Source: an uncultured Bacteroidales bacterium (GTDB lineage Bacteria > Bacteroidota > Bacteroidia > Bacteroidales > Bacteroidaceae). From it: a stretch of 60,788 nt of DNA. Of this stretch, positions 1 through 10,253 are shown in pieces. The DNA is taken from positions 1 through 60,788 of the forward strand of contig CACXEH010000036.1 in the NCBI GenBank assembly GCA_902766625.1, read 5' to 3'. The translations under genes were made by a program, and so were the position numbers. Position 1 is the first letter of the stretch. Each line of letters starts with the position of its first letter. Under the pieces are notes generated by a model. The model saw nothing but the letters and a program-made list of their open reading frames with translations. It was not told the origin of the DNA and made no database searches.

Positions 1-173
1 ACAGTCAGCGACAACGGACCACTCTCTGTCGCAATAACGCAACGGTTACGGTAAGTCTGCTTGATGTAATGCTCACATTGTTCTATCAACACATTCCTGT
101 AGGCCAGCAAACGACAATAGTAACTTATAGGCGCCAAATAAGCGCTTGGCAAGACAACCGTTCCTTCAATCAT
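1..173 (-). CDS. WbqC-like family protein, N-terminal fragment (continues past the window edge)
   Basis: Absent from the ORF track because it is under 60 aa. A minus-strand ATG at 173-171 opens a frame that runs off the window: MIEGTVVLPSAYLAPISYYCRLLAYRNVLIEQCEHYIKQTYRNRCVIATESGPLSLT. The AYLxPxxYY ... KQTYRNRC pattern matches my recollection of WbqC-like proteins from polysaccharide loci. Confidence 0.5.
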   Translation of the reverse strand, partial: MIEGTVVLPSAYLAPISYYCRLLAYRNVLIEQCEHYIKQTYRNRCVIATESGPLSLT

Positions 174-199
174 GACTTTTCTAACGGAAAGTACTCCCC

Positions 200-2161
200 T
201 TATCGATTTTCCTTATAATGCCTGTACACCTTTATGGCTGACTCGGGATAGTTGGTCGTAATGTAGTCAATATCCCTGTTGTTGGTATAAACAATCTGAT
301 CATTCGCATCAATTGTCCAAACATTGACAGTCATACCTAAAGCGTGTGCATCTTTAATATATGCGTCAGACGTTTTTGCCTGGGTATAGTCCAGGCCTGT
401 AATACCATTTGCGTGCAGAGTCTGCGGGCTCTTGTCGCCATTGAGATAAGCCACCTTGGCCGCCGGCACCTTCTTGACGAACTCCAGACACGCGTCATAA
501 CTGAAAGCGATATACTCCACCTTGTCCTCCAATCCCATTGCTTTTACCGCAGAAACAACGGAATCAACACAAGCGCAAGTGGCCGCAACGCTACTGTGCG
601 TCTTGACTTCAATAATCAATTTCGTTCCAGAATCATCAGCGGCCAAAATCTCAAGCAGATCCTGCAGTTGCGGTATTTTCTCACCATTGCTAAGTGTCAA
701 GTTCTTTACTTCGTCATAAGTGGATGTCTGGATTGTCACCCCATTGAGCGAGGGATCGTGGTTTACCATAATATGGCCGTCAGTCGTCAGCCATACGTCT
801 GTCTCAGAACCATAGCAATCTTTCAGCGCCAAGGCCGCCTTGAGAGATGCGCGCGAATTTTGCGCAGCACCTGGAGCTTTCCAATAGCCACGGTGAGCAA
901 TTACCTGAGAGCCTCTCGCAAGTTTGTCGACCACAACCAGTTGATTGCTTCCCAAATCTTGCGTCATACCATCGCGCGACAAAGACATCCTATAATTCCC
1001 CGACACGACATTTTCAGGCAGAGTGAAATGTACGCCCTGATTGTCAGCCATCAAAGAACAAACCACCACGAAGGATTTTGTCGCATCGTCCAAATTCGCA
1101 AATGTTATTTTATCGCCTTCCTGAAAACCTGTGCCATATATATCAAGTCCCTTTCCTGCCTTGACTTGCAGGCCTGTGTAGTAATGCACATCGCTCACCA
1201 TCATCTCATCTTTCGGTCCTCGCATATTTTCCAGTCTGGTCCATAACGATTTCACCTCAGCTGTTGTCAACGGGTTGTCGTAGATACGCGCCAAAACAAC
1301 ATCACCGTTCCAGGACGCATTTACAGTAGTCGCATTGGAGGGATCTCCACCTATGGCGAAATAGTAACATGTGCTGTTAGGGAACTTGAAGTCACCACTT
1401 GTGGCAATGGTATTCTTCAATTCTCCATTAATATAGATATAGGCTTTATTCTCAGACTTATTCCATACGCCGACAATATGATAATACACATATGGTTCAG
1501 GTATGACACCGCTCGTCGCCCATCTCCATGAGCCACCGACATGCGGAAGAAAAGTCAACTCGTTTTTGCGTGCTCCTGATATCTTAGAGATCATCAGACC
1601 CGTCCCACCAGACTGGTGACTGGAGAAATACTTGGATTCCGCATCCGCAATCGTTCCCGAGTACTGACAGCGGATGACTGTCTCCATTGTGTGTCCGTCA
1701 GCCAGAGCATTTTGGAATGCAACATTATCCGCATAACTCACTTTATAATACCTGTTGGCATTACCAGCCCATGCATTATCGCTGAAACGCACTTCGTAAC
1801 GCCCGAACTCAGAGCTGAAGAAGGTTTCGGGATTTCCATGTGACTCCACTGTATTGCCCATGGCAGAGACATCCTCAGCAGTACCATCGGCATTGAACTT
1901 GACATCCAGCACATCTGCCACTGGTACCGGAGCAAGGAAAAGTATACTGTCTATGTCACTTTGCTTTGAACTGTACAACAGTTTAGCTCCATGACCGAAA
2001 AAAGAAACAACATCATCAGCAACAGCAACGCTGTCGATATCATCAGCATTGGTTTCAAAGACAACCACGCCCTCGTGAAATACACATATATCCTCTGCGA
2101 CTCCCGCATAGCCAATCAGCGATGCCAATAATGAGATAGAAAGAACAACTAACTTTTTCAT
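200..2161 (-). CDS. Secreted multidomain protein: LamG-like lectin domain + IPT/TIG-like domain + C-terminal glycerophosphodiester phosphodiesterase (GDPD)
   Basis: 653 aa ORF with an N-terminal signal peptide (MKKLVVLSISLLASLIGYAG). The central region resembles Laminin_G_3 (YFAIGGDPS...WNGDVVLARIYDNPLT). The C-terminal part carries GDPD motifs (VIAHRGYW...NSRASL...GSETDVWLTTDGHIMVNHD). Confidence 0.8.
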   Translation of the reverse strand: MKKLVVLSISLLASLIGYAGVAEDICVFHEGVVVFETNADDIDSVAVADDVVSFFGHGAKLLYSSKQSDIDSILFLAPVPVADVLDVKFNADGTAEDVSAMGNTVESHGNPETFFSSEFGRYEVRFSDNAWAGNANRYYKVSYADNVAFQNALADGHTMETVIRCQYSGTIADAESKYFSSHQSGGTGLMISKISGARKNELTFLPHVGGSWRWATSGVIPEPYVYYHIVGVWNKSENKAYIYINGELKNTIATSGDFKFPNSTCYYFAIGGDPSNATTVNASWNGDVVLARIYDNPLTTAEVKSLWTRLENMRGPKDEMMVSDVHYYTGLQVKAGKGLDIYGTGFQEGDKITFANLDDATKSFVVVCSLMADNQGVHFTLPENVVSGNYRMSLSRDGMTQDLGSNQLVVVDKLARGSQVIAHRGYWKAPGAAQNSRASLKAALALKDCYGSETDVWLTTDGHIMVNHDPSLNGVTIQTSTYDEVKNLTLSNGEKIPQLQDLLEILAADDSGTKLIIEVKTHSSVAATCACVDSVVSAVKAMGLEDKVEYIAFSYDACLEFVKKVPAAKVAYLNGDKSPQTLHANGITGLDYTQAKTSDAYIKDAHALGMTVNVWTIDANDQIVYTNNRDIDYITTNYPESAIKVYRHYKENR

Positions 2162-2169
2162 CGTTCAAT

Positions 2170-2634
2170 TTATTTTTTCAAAATTTTATGAGTATATGTC
2201 TTGTCATTCGCAATTATTTCCACCAAATATAGACCAGCAGGAAGGTTATCCAAACTTATCCGCGCCTCATTGCCCAAAAACGGATGGTGTATCAATTGGA
2301 CGCCTTGCAAAGAAAGAACATTGACACATTGAGCATGACGTACAGTAAGCGTCTTGCCATCAAAACCACATGACGCGCTTCCTGACACAATTGTGTTAAT
2401 TGCATCAGGGTAATTCCTTTTAAAGAAAGAAAAATTATTGAAATCTGACAGATTGACAGATGTTACTGTCCCTTTGCTCTGCTCAACACACATAGTTTTA
2501 TCAGAAAAAGTTATCTTTCTGATATTTGGTATTGTTTGAACCACATTGGTTCCGTTGTACATATAAATGTCTCTCGAGTAACCTTGCATTACAAAGATAA
2601 CTAAGAGAATCGATAACAAAAGTTTCTTATTCAT
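2170..2634 (-). CDS. Small secreted protein with a T9SS-type C-terminal sorting domain
   Basis: Internal ATG gives MNKKLLLSILLVIFVMQGYS, a signal peptide. The C-terminus ...LPAGLYLVEIIANDKTYTHKILKK is typical of Por/T9SS CTDs. The longer ORF start at 2676 has no signal peptide. Confidence 0.55.
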   Translation of the reverse strand: MNKKLLLSILLVIFVMQGYSRDIYMYNGTNVVQTIPNIRKITFSDKTMCVEQSKGTVTSVNLSDFNNFSFFKRNYPDAINTIVSGSASCGFDGKTLTVRHAQCVNVLSLQGVQLIHHPFLGNEARISLDNLPAGLYLVEIIANDKTYTHKILKK

Positions 2635-2688
2635 TGTCTGTTTTTTATAAATATCCACTAAAGAAAAATCCTCCACTTGGAACGGTAG

Positions 2689-3513
2689 CTATTTTTTCTT
2701 GCAGAAAGTTTCTCTTACTTCCATTGCCTGGACGGGAAAATCTGTAGCCAGGTTATCTACTCCAAGATGAATCATTTCTTGTATAATCTTTTTTGTATTC
2801 ATACCTCTCGCCGTCACGGACATCCCTAACTCATGAGCCTCCTTTATCCAAGACGGATTTTTACGATATACTGATGCCTTGCAATTCATGGCATTGATAC
2901 CCATATCGTATAACTCTCGCGGCGATTTGTCTCCACCCAGATAGAAAACCCTTGCTGAAGGATCTCTCTGCGCCAAAGCCTTGCATGCAGGCAAACTGAA
3001 TGACAAATATTCCACCATCTTACTCAATCCTGCTTTTTCTACGGCCTGCATAGCTGCAAGAGCGGCCTCAACTGTACGCTCTTTCGTACTATGTCTCTTG
3101 ACTTCGACAAGTAAATGCGTATAGTTAGATGACTTCAATATCTTCAAAAAATCTTTAAACCGTGGCAACCGTTCTCCGTTATCAAGTCTCAACTTCTTTA
3201 CTTCTTTCCAAGTGGACTTTTCTATAACAAGACCATAACGCTTCGCATCATGATTAACAACAAGAATATTGTCGGAAGTCAGCCAGATGTCCATCTCCGA
3301 CCCTTCTGCTCCAAGTTTAATGGCATTGCGCAATGATGCTCTTGAGTTTTGCGTAGTGTTTTGATAGTTGTAAAAACCTCGGTGGGAAAGGACTCGCGGC
3401 ACTTTCACTTGATATTTATCATGCCAAATCTGAATAGAGTCAATGCTTTTCGCAGAGATACTTGACACAGCAATAAGCCATACGGCAAGAACAAACAATC
3501 TATTCTGTAACAT
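2689..3513 (-). CDS. Glycerophosphodiester phosphodiesterase family protein (secreted)
   Basis: 274 aa with a signal peptide. GDPD motifs: VLSHRGF...NSRASL...GSEMDIWLTSDNILVVNHD...LVEVK. Confidence 0.85.
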   Translation of the reverse strand: MLQNRLFVLAVWLIAVSSISAKSIDSIQIWHDKYQVKVPRVLSHRGFYNYQNTTQNSRASLRNAIKLGAEGSEMDIWLTSDNILVVNHDAKRYGLVIEKSTWKEVKKLRLDNGERLPRFKDFLKILKSSNYTHLLVEVKRHSTKERTVEAALAAMQAVEKAGLSKMVEYLSFSLPACKALAQRDPSARVFYLGGDKSPRELYDMGINAMNCKASVYRKNPSWIKEAHELGMSVTARGMNTKKIIQEMIHLGVDNLATDFPVQAMEVRETFCKKK

Positions 3514-3518
3514 ATATA

Positions 3519-4295
3519 TTATTTCTTAAAAATTAGACGTAATACGAAATAGGCATGATACCACAAAGTCAACAAGAGACCATAATGACTGGACATAATC
3601 TTAAATCTTTCTATCAGCGACTTCCTGTGATTTTTCTTTGTCATTCCTCCCTCCAAGTAATCAGCCACAACAATATTGCTGTTTACCATAGGCAGGCCTC
3701 GCTGTTCGGACTCCTTCATCAGACGGATGCACCAATCATAATCAGCAGAAAAACGATACGAGAGATTGTACTTGCACTTTAATGTTAATTTTGTGGAAGC
3801 GAAGAAAGCTTGATGACATATCAGCATGCCATGTTTAAAACTGGTCCAATGCAACTCCGCAGGAGGTTCCAGACGACGTTTGCGAAGAAACGTGCCGTTT
3901 TGGTCAATAATATTAGTATTACCATAAATAACTCCTGGCAGAACATCACTCTGCTCTGCTATCTCTGCTATTCTCGTCAACGTCTCGTCATCATGCAACC
4001 TGTCTCCTGAATTTAGAAATAAGATATAATCACCCGTCGCACGACAAAGCGCCTTATTCATCGCTTCATACAAGCCATTATCTGGTTCAGAAATAATCTT
4101 AACATCCATACTATTCTCCATGGCATCATTCTGCGACTTGTAGCGCAATAGTATGTCTAACGAATCATCTTTGGAAGCGCCATCCACTATAAGATGTTCC
4201 ACTTCCCTGTACTTCTGCCTCTTCACACTTTCTAAGGTAGCAGGAAGCTCTTGGGCTGCATTATATGTGCATGTCGCTATCGTAATTTTAATCAT
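3519..4295 (-). CDS. Glycosyltransferase family 2
   Basis: MIKITIATCTYNAAQELPATLESVKRQKYREVEHLIVDGASKDDS is a GT2 N-terminal signature. The ATG at 4295 forms an ATGA overlap with the upstream GT4 stop. The track start at 4310 is a TTG. Confidence 0.85.
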   Translation of the reverse strand: MIKITIATCTYNAAQELPATLESVKRQKYREVEHLIVDGASKDDSLDILLRYKSQNDAMENSMDVKIISEPDNGLYEAMNKALCRATGDYILFLNSGDRLHDDETLTRIAEIAEQSDVLPGVIYGNTNIIDQNGTFLRKRRLEPPAELHWTSFKHGMLICHQAFFASTKLTLKCKYNLSYRFSADYDWCIRLMKESEQRGLPMVNSNIVVADYLEGGMTKKNHRKSLIERFKIMSSHYGLLLTLWYHAYFVLRLIFKK

Positions 4296-5548
4296 TCCTC
4301 TCCCTTGCAAATTTGATTATATAAGTCTATATATCTTAGAGCGATGGTACGTTCAGAGTATCTTTTCACGGCACTTTCTCTCAAAGCAATCCTCTCAGTT
4401 TGCCGACTTAAAGCCCACTGTATGCCTTTTGCAAAATCCTCTACCGATAGATACTCTGCCAGGTATCCGTTTTGGAGATGAGTGATAATATCCATCTGCC
4501 CGCTACCGGTAAATGTTACCGGCACACAACCACATGCCTGCGCCTCGACAACCGTCTGTCCAAAAGTTTCATAAAGTGACGGTATTGCCGCAACGTCTGC
4601 AGCACTATACAAAGATGACAGTTCTTCATCATTCTTCAAAAAACCGAGATAGGTGTATGGTACAGGTATTTCATCCAAAACATCTGCTTGTTTGATACCG
4701 CCGAACAAAGCCAAGTGAAAATCATCTTTCTTATAAATTTCCTGATCAATCAGCCTTTGCAAAGCCTGGTTTAAGTATTTCAAGCCTTTTCTTTGCTCAT
4801 CAATCTTGACAGCGCCAAAAACAATGACATGCTTATCTTCAGGCAAGCTGAAATATTGTCGCGAAGAAACTTTGTCTTTTATCTTATAGCGCGACACGGG
4901 CAACACGTTCGGAATAACCTGTATAGACTGAGTACGCAACAAATGACTCTCTTTGGCGCAATTGGCAAGCCAACTGCTGACTGCCACAAAGTGAACATTC
5001 TTCTTGGTGAACAATTTGTTTTTCTTTCTGAACACCAAGTTTGACAAGTCTCTCGCACCTGGAGATTTCAAAAAAGGACAGTGATGACATTCTGTCTTAT
5101 ACTTATCACAGTTATTAGCGTAATGACATATTCCTGTAAACTCCCACATATCATGGAGTGTCCACACTATCGGTTTACCACTATCAATGATTTTGCGTAT
5201 ATCCTTCAAAGACAGAAAACCTTGATTTATCCAATGCAGATGAATGACATCCGCCTCCTTGAATTCTTTTGTTTTCGTAATATCCGTCCCAGCTGAAGCC
5301 GTATCTACGGCAAAGAGATTAGTTTTGTCAAAGCGATTAGCAAGAAATATCTCAAACCTCTCCTTCAAAAAGTGATAACGATAGCGGCACAAACTGTTGA
5401 GACCAACGACCGACAAGTTTTGACTTTCCTTTTTACTGACAAGCATTTTAGCTTTAACACCGTTGTCATTCAGTGCCGACATTAATCGGTTGGCAGCTAT
5501 TGCCGCACCGCCATTATGCTCCGTAGTGTTAACCAGTAAAATGCGCAT
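4292..5548 (-). CDS. Glycosyltransferase family 4 (GT-B, GT1/GT4-like)
   Basis: 418 aa. N-terminal RILLVNTTEHNGGAAIAANRL, and C-terminal ...PSLYETFGQTVVEAQACGCVPV, which is the EX7E-type motif of retaining GT4 enzymes. Confidence 0.85.
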   Translation of the reverse strand: MRILLVNTTEHNGGAAIAANRLMSALNDNGVKAKMLVSKKESQNLSVVGLNSLCRYRYHFLKERFEIFLANRFDKTNLFAVDTASAGTDITKTKEFKEADVIHLHWINQGFLSLKDIRKIIDSGKPIVWTLHDMWEFTGICHYANNCDKYKTECHHCPFLKSPGARDLSNLVFRKKNKLFTKKNVHFVAVSSWLANCAKESHLLRTQSIQVIPNVLPVSRYKIKDKVSSRQYFSLPEDKHVIVFGAVKIDEQRKGLKYLNQALQRLIDQEIYKKDDFHLALFGGIKQADVLDEIPVPYTYLGFLKNDEELSSLYSAADVAAIPSLYETFGQTVVEAQACGCVPVTFTGSGQMDIITHLQNGYLAEYLSVEDFAKGIQWALSRQTERIALRESAVKRYSERTIALRYIDLYNQICKGEE

Positions 5549-5549
5549 C

Positions 5550-6416
5550 TTATTTCAAATACATACTGAAGAACGACCAAACTTCCTCACCGATATTAAT
5601 ATCTTTATCAAACCAGCTGTGAGGACCATTCACCACCTCATATAGCCAAACTTGACATCCTGTCGGTCCGCCACTGTATTTGTATTTGTTGATGTAACGG
5701 TTATTTGATTTGTTCAGACCGTCCACACGTTCTTTCGTTTCTTTTTCGCATTTATTTTTTGCTATCCAGTAACCTATACTTATCGGCACAGCCATATATG
5801 CGCCCCAGCCACCTTTGTTTTCTAAGTCACCTGTCCATTCTGATGTATGATCAGCGGTACCGTGTATTTCAAAAAACGGAACAGGCTTCGGTGCATCCAT
5901 TGTACGGTATATCCATTCCATAGTTAACCCTGACAGGGACGCAAAAGCTTTGAAAGTCTTTTGTTTGCTATATGCCAAAAGATAGCACATTTCTCCGCCA
6001 TTAGACATACCTGTCAAGAAAGTGTTTTCCTTGCTAAGTTTATACTTTTTCTGAACATGCTTTGCCAGTTTTTCCATACCAGCCACCTCGTCAACTTTCC
6101 ATCCTTTTTGAGACGGATAACCTACATTCCACGATGGTTTACCTTTTGGGTCTTTCCAACCACAGGGTATGCAAATAGCGAACTTATGTTTTTCAGCAGC
6201 CTTTGTCATCCACGTTTCCTTCTTCCCAGGATTACCGTAACCATGCAGGACAAAGACCAACGGGGCATTTTGCTGAACTCCGTCAGGTATGATCATCCAA
6301 AAACGACGCGTTTGACCTTGGATTTTCAATGAATCCATAAAAGGCTCACTTGCACTTGCAAAGAGTACAGAAGAGAAGAATGATAGTAACACTAATTTTT
6401 TTAATACTTTCATCAT
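5550..6416 (-). CDS. Secreted alpha/beta-hydrolase esterase (PHB-depolymerase/LpqC-like family)
   Basis: 288 aa with a signal peptide. Contains LVFVLHGYGNPG, the nucleophile elbow GMSNGG, and a late HGTADH motif. Confidence 0.7.
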   Translation of the reverse strand: MMKVLKKLVLLSFFSSVLFASASEPFMDSLKIQGQTRRFWMIIPDGVQQNAPLVFVLHGYGNPGKKETWMTKAAEKHKFAICIPCGWKDPKGKPSWNVGYPSQKGWKVDEVAGMEKLAKHVQKKYKLSKENTFLTGMSNGGEMCYLLAYSKQKTFKAFASLSGLTMEWIYRTMDAPKPVPFFEIHGTADHTSEWTGDLENKGGWGAYMAVPISIGYWIAKNKCEKETKERVDGLNKSNNRYINKYKYSGGPTGCQVWLYEVVNGPHSWFDKDINIGEEVWSFFSMYLK

Positions 6417-7405
6417 TTTATTTTTTGTTTAATTAATCCTCTATAATAATATCCGCATGAGAACACAAAAAATCCTGCTCTCAGCATCCGTATGACAGGA
6501 TTGTGAACTTCAGCGTGAAACAATTGGCGTGAATGTTTCAGAAAAAACAGAACTTTCTTCAGGAACACTACTGGACCGTGTTGCAGCTGCAACTCGCTCA
6601 TATAAATAGCTTCTTTCCTGCTTACTGTATCAAACGGCAGTTTCTCCAGAAATGGCAGAACTGTCGCAAAACGCCGTCTTACCTGTTTCTGTAGTTCCCT
6701 ATGATGAAACAACGACAATGACACATAGTGCCATGCACCATTTGACAAAATGTTATTATCAACAGGTACTGATGCCGTTGCTGCATCAGCATGACGCCTG
6801 AAATGAACGAGTTCTTTATTCAAAAACACAATGCTCTCCGCTGCGGCCGCGGCATTCATAATCTGCCAATCGTAATACAGTGGCAGGACTTCTCCGCCTT
6901 GAATATAATCCAATATCTCTCTCCTAAACAACATGGAATGACCCGGTAATTCACAAATATACGTATTGCGTATCAAATGTGTGTTGGGTACGCGTTTGTC
7001 TATTTTCACCGGATAACCTGTTGTAGAAAACGGTATTGAAAAGGCGGAACACAAGAGATGGTCACCGATAGCCTCAGCCTGCAACTTCAATTTATCCTTT
7101 TCCCAAAGGTCATCTTGGTCTGAGATAGCGATATAGTCACCCTGTGCGCGTAACATCGCTGAAAAGAAGTTTCCGTTTATACCATGAAGCCCAGTCTCAT
7201 TATGGTAGATTTTGATAACAGGATATTGCGCCGCATATTTCTCCAACACGGCATAAGTCTCATCCGTAGAGCAGTCATCTTGTATTATAATTTCATAGAT
7301 GGGATAGCTTTGTGCTAAAATACTATCTAACTGCTCTTGGAGATAATGTGCACCGTTATAGGTACACATTACAACCGAGATTTTCAATATGTTATCTTTA
7401 TCCAT
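6413..7405 (-). CDS. Glycosyltransferase family 2
   Basis: ISVVMCTYNGAHYLQEQLDSILAQSYPIYEIIIQDDCSTDET plus a DQDD motif. Its stop overlaps the downstream esterase start by 4 nt. Confidence 0.85.
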   Translation of the reverse strand: MDKDNILKISVVMCTYNGAHYLQEQLDSILAQSYPIYEIIIQDDCSTDETYAVLEKYAAQYPVIKIYHNETGLHGINGNFFSAMLRAQGDYIAISDQDDLWEKDKLKLQAEAIGDHLLCSAFSIPFSTTGYPVKIDKRVPNTHLIRNTYICELPGHSMLFRREILDYIQGGEVLPLYYDWQIMNAAAAAESIVFLNKELVHFRRHADAATASVPVDNNILSNGAWHYVSLSLFHHRELQKQVRRRFATVLPFLEKLPFDTVSRKEAIYMSELQLQHGPVVFLKKVLFFLKHSRQLFHAEVHNPVIRMLRAGFFVFSCGYYYRGLIKQKIK

Positions 7406-7421
7406 TTCCAGTCCTTCGACT

Positions 7422-10247
7422 TTATTTTTCCGGCTCTATAATGACTTTCAAACTATTGTTTTGCTTCAAGACATTGTTATTGACAAAGGCCTTGATTTGA
7501 TCAGACGACAAAGCCTTGATTGCCTCTTTCACACCTGCCACCGTGTTTTTGCCATCAAGGATAAAGTCTGTCTCGGCACTCTGCCAATAGGGGTTTTCAC
7601 GCTGATTGGTTTCATACTCTTTCAGCATCTGCTCTTTAACTTTGTTCAGTTTCTCGGCTTCAACGCCATTCTTGGCAATGAGCTGCATACCTTCGTTGAT
7701 TAGCATTATTGTTGAGTCGCATTTTTCAGGCTTTACAGGAGCAACAACCTGAACGAGAAATTTAGGTTCGCCAAACATATACATGACACTTGAGCTGGCT
7801 CCAGTAGAGTAAGCGAAACTATGTTTTTCACGAATGGTTTCCGTGTAATGTATATCCAGCACCTGTCCTAAAGCTTCTGCCACAACCTGGTTTTGTGGAG
7901 TGACTTCGCATGTTCCGTTCCAGAAGCCTACGACATAACATTGTGGCGTCTCCATTTTCTTGGAGAAACGGCAGATTTTCTTACCATTCATCAGACGCAT
8001 GTCAGGTTTGCCTTTCTTCTCCAACTTATTTGTCGTCGGCAGACTTGCCAAGTATTGCTTTGCATAAGACTTTAGGCTATCCTCGTTGATGGCACCAGTG
8101 AAGACATAGGTAAAGTCGGCAGGATTGCCAAAGCGCTCCTTGTATATCTTCAAGATGCCGTCATAATTTACTTGTTTCAACCTGCTCAATGTCATAGGCT
8201 GAACATATGGAGCATAATTATACAGGCACAGTTTCAAAGAATCACTGAACGCCGTCATAGGGTTGGCGTCTCTGTTAGCCAATGTAACCTCTTTATTCTT
8301 TATGACCTTATTGTAGTTCACTGTATCATAATTAATCTCCGTGAAGTAGAGATAGTTTAATTGGAACAACGTTTTGAAGTCTTTCTTTGATGATGAGCCG
8401 CTGAAGTTTTCTGTACTGTTGGTCAGCGTCGGGCTTATTGAAACGATGCGGCCCGTCAGTGCCTTCTCCAAGTCATTACCATTGAATTTACCTACTCCGT
8501 TATTTGCCATAACATCGTTAAAGACAGTCGCATTAGTAAGCTCTTCTTTCTTCAATTTGAATTGACCGCCGTGACTAATGGCATTCATGAGTATTTTGCC
8601 TTCATCAAAATCGGTCTTTTTGTATTTTACAGTTATGCCATTAGACAATACGAAACCTTTATATCCTAAACCATCTTCAGGGAGTTCTTTCTTTATAGTC
8701 CCGGCAACGGGTTCTTTCTCTATCAATTTCGTGTCAATTACCTTTACTTCATAGGGCTTTAGCTGTTCTGCTTTGACAGAAGCCAATACTTTGTTAGCCT
8801 CTGCGGCAGTAGGCACCTTCACACCTTCTTTTTCCGGATAAAAGCCAAAGACCACAAGGTTGGTATCCAACTGTCCTATTAGCGTGGTTGCAAAATCGTT
8901 AATTACCTTAACCGGGACATTCTGCCCCAACTGACGATAAATTTGAACTTCAGTTTCAAATTTTGTCTTAACCTGATTTTCCAAAAAGTATTCTATGCAT
9001 TCATCCACCAGAGTATTGCTCTTGACTGTCTTACGCGATTCCACCATTTGGTCTAACACACCGGACAAGTCGTCCAATGCACGTTTATACTCTGTTTCAG
9101 CGAAACCATGCATACTTGCTCTGCGCAATTCCCGCAACACCATTGCCATGGCCTCCTCGCTCTTGCCGTCTTTCGGCCTTATCTCCATCTGGAGAGCCTG
9201 TTTTGTACGAGCCATAAACATAAAAGGTCCCGTGTATGCCCTGCAGGCAGTGACAGGAACATTGGCATCCTGCATTATATCGTCAAGACGATAATTAAGC
9301 ATTGTCGTCAGGACCATATTGATAAAGCTGTTGGTTATACCTACAAAAGTATTGCGATAATGTCTTGGTACAGGATCATATTTAAGGAACATCTCGAGTG
9401 TCGGTGTCGTCACCTCCTTGTCCTTGTCAAAAACAAAAATAGGCGTATAGTTGTCCGGCACTGCATAGTATTCAAACTTAGCTGCATCTTGCTTGGGAGC
9501 AGGAAGCTGACCGAAAATCGTTTTTATTTTCTCCTCCATTTGTTTGACGTCAATGTCTCCCACGACAACAATGCCCTGAAGGTCCGGACGGTACCATTTA
9601 TCATAATATGCTCTCAACACCTCTGGCTTGAAGTTGTCTACAACGCTCATCAAACCTATAGGAAGTCTTTCGGAATATTTGCTTCCCGGCATCAAGACGG
9701 GTAACTGACGCTCCAGTATACGATTTACGCCAGAATTTCTGACACGCCATTCCTCATGGATAACACCGCGCTCTTTGTCTATCTCTTTAGGGTCTAAAGT
9801 CAAGGCATGAGCCCAGTCATATAGGATATAAAGGCAGGAGTCCAAGTTTGCCGGATCAGTAGTCGGCACATTGTCTATATTGTAAACAGTGCGGTCGCAT
9901 GCTGTGTATGCGTTCAGGTGATTACCAAATTGCACACCTATCCTCTGGCAGAAGCTTACCGCGCTGTTGCCTGGAAAGTGTTCAGAGCCGTTAAAGCACA
10001 TATGCTCCAGGAAGTGGGCCAAACCACGCTGGTTTTCCTCCTCCTGAAGGGAACCGACTTTCTGAGCAATATAGAAAAATGCTCTTTCCTTGGGGTTTTC
10101 GTTATGCTGGATAAAATAGGTCAGACCATTTGGCAATGTTCCTTTTACAACATCCGGGTCAAAGGGCAATTCTTGCACAGGCATTTGTGCAAAGACAGCC
10201 TGCATGCCCAGCAACATGATAGTCAATAGAAATGTCTTTCTTTTCAT
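7422..10247 (-). CDS. M16 family (pitrilysin/insulinase-like) zinc peptidase, secreted
   Basis: 941 aa with a signal peptide (MKRKTFLLTIMLLGMQAVFAQ). Carries the inverted zinc motif HFLEH followed by ...E downstream. The two-lobed length is typical of Bacteroidales M16 proteins. Confidence 0.85.
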   Translation of the reverse strand: MKRKTFLLTIMLLGMQAVFAQMPVQELPFDPDVVKGTLPNGLTYFIQHNENPKERAFFYIAQKVGSLQEEENQRGLAHFLEHMCFNGSEHFPGNSAVSFCQRIGVQFGNHLNAYTACDRTVYNIDNVPTTDPANLDSCLYILYDWAHALTLDPKEIDKERGVIHEEWRVRNSGVNRILERQLPVLMPGSKYSERLPIGLMSVVDNFKPEVLRAYYDKWYRPDLQGIVVVGDIDVKQMEEKIKTIFGQLPAPKQDAAKFEYYAVPDNYTPIFVFDKDKEVTTPTLEMFLKYDPVPRHYRNTFVGITNSFINMVLTTMLNYRLDDIMQDANVPVTACRAYTGPFMFMARTKQALQMEIRPKDGKSEEAMAMVLRELRRASMHGFAETEYKRALDDLSGVLDQMVESRKTVKSNTLVDECIEYFLENQVKTKFETEVQIYRQLGQNVPVKVINDFATTLIGQLDTNLVVFGFYPEKEGVKVPTAAEANKVLASVKAEQLKPYEVKVIDTKLIEKEPVAGTIKKELPEDGLGYKGFVLSNGITVKYKKTDFDEGKILMNAISHGGQFKLKKEELTNATVFNDVMANNGVGKFNGNDLEKALTGRIVSISPTLTNSTENFSGSSSKKDFKTLFQLNYLYFTEINYDTVNYNKVIKNKEVTLANRDANPMTAFSDSLKLCLYNYAPYVQPMTLSRLKQVNYDGILKIYKERFGNPADFTYVFTGAINEDSLKSYAKQYLASLPTTNKLEKKGKPDMRLMNGKKICRFSKKMETPQCYVVGFWNGTCEVTPQNQVVAEALGQVLDIHYTETIREKHSFAYSTGASSSVMYMFGEPKFLVQVVAPVKPEKCDSTIMLINEGMQLIAKNGVEAEKLNKVKEQMLKEYETNQRENPYWQSAETDFILDGKNTVAGVKEAIKALSSDQIKAFVNNNVLKQNNSLKVIIEPEK

Positions 10248-10253
10248 TTTAGT

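Noticed and set aside
344-1246. A 300-aa plus-strand ORF lies antisense to the LamG-GDPD gene.
   Set aside because: This is a shadow ORF. Its sequence is low-complexity and Cys/Arg/Ile-rich with no motifs, and the opposite strand carries clear domain signatures.
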